Shown here piece by piece: positions 1-6,662 of a stretch of DNA of 29,602 nt. The position numbers were made by a program, and so were the translations under genes. The notes beneath the pieces were generated by a model. The model saw nothing but the letters and a program-made list of their open reading frames with translations. It searched no databases and was not told the origin of the DNA. The number at the start of each line of letters is the position of its first letter. Within the stretch, counting starts at the first letter, position 1. This DNA is from a virus (lineage: Duplodnaviria; Caudoviricetes), in IMG/VR virus record IMGVR_UViG_3300023176_002544, positions 1-29,602 of that record. One strand, written 5' to 3'.

Positions 1-715
1 GTATGAATCAAAAGCAGCTAAGAAAATGGAACGTTGGTTGAAGATTCCAAAGGACAACCGAAAAGCAAAAAAAGGTGATGGCTTATTCATTGGTGATATT
101 CATGGAACTTTGATGGCAGGTGACAAAGTTTGTGACTTGTTTGGGTTAATGAATGGCAATCCTTCAAAGCCAAGTGAATCATTGCCTGGCACTTCAAGCG
201 ATAAGAAACCAAAGACCAAAGAAGAACTTGAAAGAGAAGAAAGGAAGAAGAAGGCAAGAAAGGCAGCCGAAGCAAGCAGACGTGAAGCCCCAAGAGTAAG
301 ATTCATTTCAAAAGACCATGATGACTATGAAGAAAGATTCTTGGTTGATGGTCATCTTTATGGTGCTTTCTATGAACCACCAAGTGCAAAGGGCAATCAT
401 GGAAATGTCTTGTGGATCAATAAAGACCATAATCTTCTTCAAGGTTATATTAATGTGGCAGAAGATTGGTTGAGTAAGAAGAATATCACTTTTAAGCGTA
501 ACTTTATCTTACAGCACTTTGTGATTCCATTTTGGGAAGAATATGCACCTTGCACAATTCAGCATGGCAAATCACTTCCAGAGTTCAAGAAAGATTCAAA
601 CTCTTTTTCAGCTGAAAGAATCACTTGGGCCTTAATGGGCTGCCAAGCCTTCTTTGAGATGGACATGGTAAGACTTTATAAGCAATACAAACTAATTGAG
701 GTAATAGCGGTATGA
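1..715 (+). CDS. Hypothetical protein, probably the C-terminal part of a gene starting upstream of the window
   Basis: The ORF 26..715 frame is open back to position 2. It has a Lys/Glu-rich linker followed by a globular segment (VLWINKDH). The stop overlaps the next ATG (ATGA). Confidence 0.6.
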   Translation, partial: YESKAAKKMERWLKIPKDNRKAKKGDGLFIGDIHGTLMAGDKVCDLFGLMNGNPSKPSESLPGTSSDKKPKTKEELEREERKKKARKAAEASRREAPRVRFISKDHDDYEERFLVDGHLYGAFYEPPSAKGNHGNVLWINKDHNLLQGYINVAEDWLSKKNITFKRNFILQHFVIPFWEEYAPCTIQHGKSLPEFKKDSNSFSAERITWALMGCQAFFEMDMVRLYKQYKLIEVIAV

Positions 716-1059
716 CTTGGCAAAACAGAGCAAAGCAGCTTAAGCAGCAAGGCTTGACCATTGAGGAAGTCTTACAAGTCTTGAAAGATGAAGGCTATCG
801 AAGACCAAACGGAGAATGTTACACAAGATGGTTCATTCAACCATTCGTCAAGGGTATTAATTCACAGCGTGGTTATCGCAAGACAGGTGTTTATGATCTT
901 ACACCACAGGAAAGGAAGTTGTATGATGAAGAGATGAAGGAACGTCAAAGACAACGGTCCAAGCGGTGGAAGGAAAACAACCTTGAACGTCATCGAGCGT
1001 ATCAAAAGCAATATCAACAGGAATACAGAGACTTACTGAAGGGGCTTAAACAAGCATGA
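712..1059 (+). CDS. Small basic protein, putative DNA-binding (HTH-like N-terminus, charged helix)
   Basis: 115 aa with a GAGGT RBS and ATGA overlaps at both ends. The N-terminus (AKQLKQQGLTIEEVLQVLKDEGYRRPNG) is HTH-like and the C-terminal helix is Arg/Lys/Gln-rich. Confidence 0.5.
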   Translation: MTWQNRAKQLKQQGLTIEEVLQVLKDEGYRRPNGECYTRWFIQPFVKGINSQRGYRKTGVYDLTPQERKLYDEEMKERQRQRSKRWKENNLERHRAYQKQYQQEYRDLLKGLKQA

Positions 1060-1727
1060 TTCATTACATATATGAAGATGAAATTGGAAGTGTGGAACTT
1101 ATTGACCACATGGGAACGGATAAGAGTGCGGTCAATGCTGCTAGAGTATCATTCTTAAAAGACAGCAAAGGCAAGGAACTGACTGCCAGAGATAAGAATC
1201 TTATCAACTTCTTGGTGGGTCACAGCCATACTTCACCTTTTGAGCACATGCAAGCAACCTTTAGGTGTACCGTTCCTTTATTTGTCAGAAGTCAGGTGAT
1301 GAGACACAGAACATTCTCTTACAATGAAGTATCAAGGCGGTATACTGCAGACAATCTCCAATTTTGGAAACCACAGGTCTTTAGAGGTCAAAGCAAGTTA
1401 AACCTTCAATGCTCAGAAGGCACTACAACCGAGCAAGAGACTTGTCATAATCTTTTTAACCATTGCATAGCTGAAACATTAAAGCACTATCACAGCTTGC
1501 TTCAAAAAGGGGTAGCAAGGGAGATGGCAAGGGCTATCCTACCACAAGCCCTATATACTACCTTTTACATGACAGGCAGTGTTCATAATTGGGTTAAGTT
1601 CTTAAAGTTGCGTCTTGATGAACATGCACAGATTGAAACACAGTTGATGGCCAAGGCAATCAAGCAAGACCTTTTTGAGCTTTACCCCATAACCATGAAG
1701 GCCATGATGAAAGAAGATAATGGATAA
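1056..1727 (+). CDS. thyX: FAD-dependent thymidylate synthase ThyX
   Basis: ThyX signature RHRxxSxxxxSxRY (QVMRHRTFSYNEVSRRY), plus NAARVSF, HTSPFEH, REMARAILP and LRLDEHAQIE; 223 aa. Confidence 0.97.
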   Translation: MIHYIYEDEIGSVELIDHMGTDKSAVNAARVSFLKDSKGKELTARDKNLINFLVGHSHTSPFEHMQATFRCTVPLFVRSQVMRHRTFSYNEVSRRYTADNLQFWKPQVFRGQSKLNLQCSEGTTTEQETCHNLFNHCIAETLKHYHSLLQKGVAREMARAILPQALYTTFYMTGSVHNWVKFLKLRLDEHAQIETQLMAKAIKQDLFELYPITMKAMMKEDNG

Positions 1728-1960
1728 TGGATAATAGTAAACAACTTGAACACACACACGCGCGCGTAATCACTGACCTTGTAGAATTAAGCAAGCGATT
1801 AAAAGAGAAAGTGATTCTTGAAGGTGACTTGGCAAAAGAGAGTCAAGACCTTTACAATTATATTATATCAACCCTCTATGAAGCATACGGTGAATTATAT
1901 GGCTGGAACAAAGAAGAAAACAGCGACCAAGAGAAAAAGCCCGAAGCTATCCAAGACTAA
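1727..1960 (+). CDS. Small acidic helical hypothetical protein
   Basis: 77 aa ORF coupled to the thyX stop (TAATG). Its 3' end overlaps the start of terS. Confidence 0.6.
   Translation: MDNSKQLEHTHARVITDLVELSKRLKEKVILEGDLAKESQDLYNYIISTLYEAYGELYGWNKEENSDQEKKPEAIQD
1750..1768. repeat. Alternating purine-pyrimidine tract with a perfect 10-bp palindrome ACGCGCGCGT (1758-1767)
   Basis: Sequence ACACACACACGCGCGCGTA read directly. Confidence 0.85.
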
Positions 1961-2366
1961 AGACACCATCAAGAAAAGTGTGATTGACCACCTAGAGGTT
2001 GGAAACACTATTGAAGCAAGTGCCTTCAAGTCAGGTATTAGTAGAGGAACATATTATAATTGGTACAATGCAGATGAGCAGTTTGCGCTTGCTTGTGATG
2101 AAGCTATGGCCAAAGCAGAAGAAGCCCTTCTAAACCAAATTATGAGAATGGCCATCACTCGTGATGATTGGAGAGCACCAGCTTGGATTCTTGAAAGACG
2201 TTTTCCCGACCGTTGGGGAGCAAAGCAAGAAATCAAGATGGAGACCACAAGCAAGTCCGATGGAACGAATGAAGTCTTATCAATGCTTGAACAAATTAAG
2301 AAAGGTCCTTCACAGCCACAGGAGAAGTGTTTTGACACAAAAACTGTGAAGGACCAATCAACCTAG
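1899..2366 (+). CDS. terS: Terminase small subunit (HTH)
   Basis: HTH motif (LEVGNTIEASAFKSGISRGTYYNWY) and DWRAPAWILERRFPDRWG, typical of small terminases; lies directly before terL. Likely start is ATG 1899 with GGTGA upstream (the ORF track extends it to 1818). Confidence 0.85.
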   Translation: MAGTKKKTATKRKSPKLSKTKDTIKKSVIDHLEVGNTIEASAFKSGISRGTYYNWYNADEQFALACDEAMAKAEEALLNQIMRMAITRDDWRAPAWILERRFPDRWGAKQEIKMETTSKSDGTNEVLSMLEQIKKGPSQPQEKCFDTKTVKDQST

Positions 2367-2423
2367 AAGACTAGGAGACCTTTAGGGCATGACACTCCCT
2401 TGAAAGTATAGATAACAGATATT

Positions 2424-3800
2424 ATGACAGCTATCAAACTAAACGAACTACAAAGGCAAATCATCACAGCCATTAAAGATGAACAGAAGGTAATCAGTGC
2501 AAGGTGTGGCTGGGGTAGTGGAAAGACCTGCGCTTTGGTCTTCTCCATTCTCTTCATTGCCAAGACAAGACCAGGCACTTCCACCTTGGTAGTCACTGAC
2601 ACCACACCAAGATATAACAGTGTATTAATGCCCGAAATGCAAAAGTGGTTAAGTCCTTTGGGGTGGACTTACAACCACACCAACAAGCAATGGCTTGACC
2701 CCTCCACAGGTTCAACAGTGTGGTGTCGTTCCTATTATCGACCAGGAACAAGAGATGCTACCCACAACCCCCTTGAAGGTTTAAATATCACAAGCGGTGT
2801 ATGCCTTATTGATGAATGTCAAACCCTTGATGTTGAGGTGGCACATAAAGCCCTTGGTCGTCTTCGTGCTGGCCCTTCACCAATCTTGATATTGGTGGGC
2901 TTGCCTGTGGCAGATGCTTGGTGGTGCTCAATGGCAGAAAACGCAGGCTACATTCCTATGTTGTTCACAAGCTATGTCAACCAAGACAACCTTGCTGATG
3001 AATGGTTTGAAGCCACCAAGCTATTACCTGCAGAAGAACGTGAAGCTATGATTATGAATAAGCCCAAACCACCAACAGGCTTGATTTATCAAGAGTTCAC
3101 AGAAGGCCACATTATTGAAGATTGGACTTACAAGCCCACCATGACAGGAAGGATTGCCATAGATTGGGGATTCAGAAAACCAAGCGTGTTGATTATTTGC
3201 CATGATGAAGACCTTGAAGCTGATATAATATGTCATGAGTTCAACCCAAAGGAAGTGACCACTGAGCAGTTGACAGCCCTTATTCTTTCAGTAGCTTGGC
3301 CAAGGTCATTAAAAGACCAAGCACCAAGTGATAGAATATGGTTAGACACAGGGGTGGCAGACAAGGCAGGCAAGGCAAGGAACGACCAAACAGGCAAAAG
3401 TGCCTTCCGAGTAATGAGACAGCCACCACCTTTGGGTCTTGGCCTTCCACTAAGATCAACCACTGATCCAATCAAGGTGGACATCTTGAACGGTGTGCAG
3501 CGGTTGAAACGTGCCTTCAATTCAAGACGCTACTTGATAACCAAAGAAGTTTGGGAACGTGGGGAACGTGTGACAGGCAATAGCATAAGGAAGGCTTTGT
3601 TGTCTTATGCTTGGGATAGCAAGGAACAACCCAAGAAAGATGGAAGGGAAGACCCACTTGATGCTTTAAGGTATGACTGTATTATCTTTAATTGGAATGA
3701 TGTTGCAGTTGACCAAGGCTACAAGCCAAGAGGTGGTGGAATAAAGACAAGAGAAAAAAGACGTGTTAGTGTTGGGGGGTCAAAAGTAAGGAGCTTTTAA
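2424..3800 (+). CDS. terL: Terminase large subunit
   Basis: Walker A (ARCGWGSGKT), Walker B (CLIDE) and RNase H-like nuclease motifs (AIDWGFRKP, EDPLDALRY); 458 aa. Confidence 0.95.
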   Translation: MTAIKLNELQRQIITAIKDEQKVISARCGWGSGKTCALVFSILFIAKTRPGTSTLVVTDTTPRYNSVLMPEMQKWLSPLGWTYNHTNKQWLDPSTGSTVWCRSYYRPGTRDATHNPLEGLNITSGVCLIDECQTLDVEVAHKALGRLRAGPSPILILVGLPVADAWWCSMAENAGYIPMLFTSYVNQDNLADEWFEATKLLPAEEREAMIMNKPKPPTGLIYQEFTEGHIIEDWTYKPTMTGRIAIDWGFRKPSVLIICHDEDLEADIICHEFNPKEVTTEQLTALILSVAWPRSLKDQAPSDRIWLDTGVADKAGKARNDQTGKSAFRVMRQPPPLGLGLPLRSTTDPIKVDILNGVQRLKRAFNSRRYLITKEVWERGERVTGNSIRKALLSYAWDSKEQPKKDGREDPLDALRYDCIIFNWNDVAVDQGYKPRGGGIKTREKRRVSVGGSKVRSF

Positions 3801-4624
3801 TGGAACTCATAGAAACCAAGCTGGCCATAGTTCTACTTGACCTTATTGGGTCAACCAAGTTTGTCCAACGTGCAGGTGCTATGAAGGCAGCCAAATGGTT
3901 GCAATACCATGACAGGCTTACACGTTCCTTGATTCTCAAGTTTAATGGTCGAGAGATAGACCGGTCAGATGGTTTTTTACTTTCCTTTGAAAGACCTGTT
4001 GATGCTGTGAACTTTGCCTTGCACTATCAACAGCACATACCACCAAAGACCAAGCTACAATGTAGGATTGGGATTCATTGGGGAGTTGTGGTGGAAGTCA
4101 AGCAAGATGAAATTTATACCTTGGGTGGTGCAAAGCAAGTTGAGCTTGAAGGGGTAGCTAAGAACATAGCAGCAAGGACCATGTCACTTTGTGGAGCGGG
4201 TCAAGTCCTCTTAACCCAAGAAGCCATGAAGGCAGTCAAGCACAGAACCAACAGGTTTACCCCAAAGGGCACAAGGTATGCTTTAGCAGGTGAATACAGG
4301 TTCAAAGGTGTAAGAGAAACACAAATCATCTACACAGTTGGTTCAACCATTGAAAGTCTCCAACCACCCAAGGGAAGTGAGAAGGTTAAGCGTCTTGGTG
4401 GACCTAAGCGAATAAAAAGCAGAATGAGAGACAAGAAGTTGAAAGAGTGGATATGGTTCTTATTAACCAGAACAGCACTTGTTTTCATTTGCTGCTTAAT
4501 CACCATGGTTGGTCCTGCCTTACTCGATAAGCACAAGCGCCTTATGAGCGGCCTTGAAATATGGTTTGGTTGGATTGATCCCATAGCGGAATTGATTCAA
4601 AACATAATGGAGTTGATACCATGA
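3800..4624 (+). CDS. Class III nucleotidyl (adenylate/guanylate-type) cyclase with C-terminal membrane anchor
   Basis: Motifs LLDLIGST (D14), GREIDRSDGFLLSF (D57), RIGIHWG, GVAKNIAAR (N122/R126), GQVLLT and YRFKGV, followed by the hydrophobic helix WIWFLLTRTALVFICCLITMVGPALL. Confidence 0.9.
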   Translation: MELIETKLAIVLLDLIGSTKFVQRAGAMKAAKWLQYHDRLTRSLILKFNGREIDRSDGFLLSFERPVDAVNFALHYQQHIPPKTKLQCRIGIHWGVVVEVKQDEIYTLGGAKQVELEGVAKNIAARTMSLCGAGQVLLTQEAMKAVKHRTNRFTPKGTRYALAGEYRFKGVRETQIIYTVGSTIESLQPPKGSEKVKRLGGPKRIKSRMRDKKLKEWIWFLLTRTALVFICCLITMVGPALLDKHKRLMSGLEIWFGWIDPIAELIQNIMELIP

Positions 4625-5085
4625 AAGATGAAAAGAAAAAGAGTCATGTTGAATTTACCAAAGATCAAAAGGCAAGGCGTGGCTGGTGGTTTTCAGTCTT
4701 CTTCTTAATCTTAGTTGTGGCCCTTATTCTGTTCTTAACCTATGTCAAGATAGTTGATGAAAACAGAGATGTGCTAGTGGGAATACTTGGTGTTATCACA
4801 GGCAGTATTTCAAGCATGGTAGCCATTGCCAGCGGTCGTGATCCTTCAGAAGTGGAAGAGTTGAAGGATAAACTAGCAAGTGCAAATGCTGACAGAGAGG
4901 CCTTGATAGCAAGACTTCGTGATGCACAAATCCAAATGCAGTTGAAGACCGACCAGCTTATGGAACTTCAAACAGCGGTCATTGATAAGCTATCCATGTT
5001 TGCCAATCAACACCCGATCAAAACACAAAGTGAAGAGCAAGTTATCTTGCACCCAAAGGTTGAAGAATGGATTCCAAAGGGATAG
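4621..5085 (+). CDS. Membrane protein: 2 TM helices plus C-terminal coiled coil
   Basis: Basic N-terminus, TM1 (GWWFSVFFLILVVALILFLTYV), short loop ENRD, TM2 (VLVGILGVITGSISSMVAIA), then a heptad-rich helix. ATGA overlap with the cyclase. Confidence 0.8.
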   Translation: MKDEKKKSHVEFTKDQKARRGWWFSVFFLILVVALILFLTYVKIVDENRDVLVGILGVITGSISSMVAIASGRDPSEVEELKDKLASANADREALIARLRDAQIQMQLKTDQLMELQTAVIDKLSMFANQHPIKTQSEEQVILHPKVEEWIPKG

Positions 5086-5144
5086 CCCAAGGTCATATTA
5101 AACTTGTCCTAGATTCATTGAAAGAAATGAAAAGACCTTGGGCT
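5084..5144. other. Perfect 11-bp inverted repeat enclosing an inner hairpin (possible RNA structure or terminator-like element)
   Basis: AGCCCAAGGTC (5084-5094) pairs with GACCTTGGGCT (5134-5144); inner hairpin TTCATT-GAAAGA-AATGAA. Confidence 0.55.
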
Positions 5145-5149
5145 GCCTT

Positions 5150-5249
5150 CATATATCACTTGATTTTATACTGAACAACCTTTTATTGATAAATTATGTT
5201 ATAGGTGCTTATATGTTAAAAGAGACACCAACACACTAGTGAGTAGCCA
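5150..5249 (+). promoter_or_regulatory. AT-rich intergenic region, probable promoter for the morphogenesis operon
   Basis: Largest non-coding gap in the window and markedly AT-rich. It has TTGATA at about 5186 and TATA-like boxes downstream, but the sigma70 match is imperfect. Confidence 0.35.
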
Positions 5250-6662
5250 ATGGATCAACAAGGCAAAGATAAGACACCTAGACACCTTAGGGCACTGTCA
5301 CCACGTTTTGTCACCAAGGGGATAACAGGAACACAGCTTGGTGGTGGTGTCATCACAGGCAAGGAAAACAATCCACAGCTTACGGGCCTTAATTGGGTGA
5401 GTGAAGCTGAAGAGATGTTAAGAACTGACCCAATAGTAAGAAGGTCTTGGCACATGCTAAGACAAACTTTGTTAAGTGCTACTTGGCGATTCATACCAGG
5501 GATTGAAGATGACCCTGTAGCTGAAAAGCTGGCCAACTTTGCAAATGAAGCCTTTGGCTTTGATGGTTATAGCGGCCAAATGTCAGTATCTTGGGAAGAT
5601 CAACTGTCTTACCTGTTTGAGTTCATTCCACTTGGTTACAGATACGCTGAAGAAATCTACCGTGTTGGACCTGACCATGAAGGCAAGATCAGAGTATGGC
5701 TTGACCTTTATGCAGACAGAGAACCAAGCGCCCACCAAAAGTGGTTAAGTAGAGACAACCAACACCTTGATGGTGTACTTCAAAACACAGTGGGCTTGAC
5801 TTACACACCCGAACCAATCCCAGCAAACAAGTTGCTACTGCTTACCTTGAATAGAACAGGCAGTAACTTTGAAGGGGTGGGAATGTTAAGGCCTGTTTGG
5901 TGGTGGTGGAGAACTAAGCAACGTGTGTCTAATCTCATGTGCGTTGGTCTTGACCGTTGGGCTGTTCCTACACCAAAGGTAAAAGTCGACCGTTCCAAAG
6001 CTGAAGAACTAGGCTTAACAGATGGTGACATTGATGCAATGCTTGATGATGCCGAAGCACAGGCCCAAAGTTTTATAAGTGCAGAGCAAAGCTATTTGGT
6101 GGAAAATGGTGCTGTCAGTTTTGACACTTATGCAGTGCAGCCCAACTTATATGCAAGTGGACCAATAGACATCATCACCAAGTGTGATGGACAAATAAGT
6201 GCTGCCTTCCTCACTCAGTTTGCTGACCTTGGCAACACTGAGACAGGAGCTAGAAGCGTTGGTGAAGTTCACCTGTCTGTTTTTAGAAGGGCAGCTATCA
6301 ACCTTTGTGACCTTGTAGCTAGTCAAGTCAGTGGAGTTGATCGAAGAGGTGGCGGAACTATTGGCCGCTTGATCCGTTGGAACTTTGGAATGGTCGACCC
6401 CTCCAAACTTCCAAAGCTAGTTCATACAGGCCTTGACACAGATGACCTTGCTGAATCATTGGGAATGTTGCCTGGCCTTGTGCAAAGTGGTTTACTCACA
6501 CCCGATGATGAACTTGAAAGAGCAATAAGAGAGCGTCTTGGTGCAGGTGACTTGCCCGAAGATGCACAAAGAACAGCCATTGAAAGGACTTCCTCTATTG
6601 GCGGTCGTGGTGGTGTAGCTTCACTTGCTGAACAACTCATAAGGAAAAGACGCAATGGCTAG
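5250..6662 (+). CDS. Portal protein (Mu gp29/DUF935-like)
   Basis: 470 aa, located after the terminase and before the protease. Motifs (GYRYAEEIY, GSNFEGVGMLRPVWW, GARSVGEVH, LIRWNFG) resemble DUF935 portals. Confidence 0.85.
   Translation: MDQQGKDKTPRHLRALSPRFVTKGITGTQLGGGVITGKENNPQLTGLNWVSEAEEMLRTDPIVRRSWHMLRQTLLSATWRFIPGIEDDPVAEKLANFANEAFGFDGYSGQMSVSWEDQLSYLFEFIPLGYRYAEEIYRVGPDHEGKIRVWLDLYADREPSAHQKWLSRDNQHLDGVLQNTVGLTYTPEPIPANKLLLLTLNRTGSNFEGVGMLRPVWWWWRTKQRVSNLMCVGLDRWAVPTPKVKVDRSKAEELGLTDGDIDAMLDDAEAQAQSFISAEQSYLVENGAVSFDTYAVQPNLYASGPIDIITKCDGQISAAFLTQFADLGNTETGARSVGEVHLSVFRRAAINLCDLVASQVSGVDRRGGGTIGRLIRWNFGMVDPSKLPKLVHTGLDTDDLAESLGMLPGLVQSGLLTPDDELERAIRERLGAGDLPEDAQRTAIERTSSIGGRGGVASLAEQLIRKRRNG

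Noticed and set aside
26-715. GHKL/MORC-type ATPase C-terminus (suggested by VLWINKDH)
   Set aside because: It rests on a single short motif, and the diagnostic N-terminal ATPase region would lie outside the window.
2367-2423. Hairpin or regulatory element between terS and terL
   Set aside because: Only short GGAG/CTCC and CCT/AGG pairings are present, too weak to distinguish from chance.
3800-5085. Calling the cassette a bona fide Pycsar system
   Set aside because: The partner lacks a recognisable Pycsar cNMP-binding or TIR domain, and the cyclase is membrane-anchored and resembles a different subfamily. Only the architecture is analogous.
5084-5160. Cyclic-nucleotide riboswitch next to the cyclase cassette
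   Set aside because: A GAAA-containing hairpin is present, but I could not match the conserved cores of c-di-GMP-I/II or c-di-AMP riboswitches. Kept only as a generic structure.
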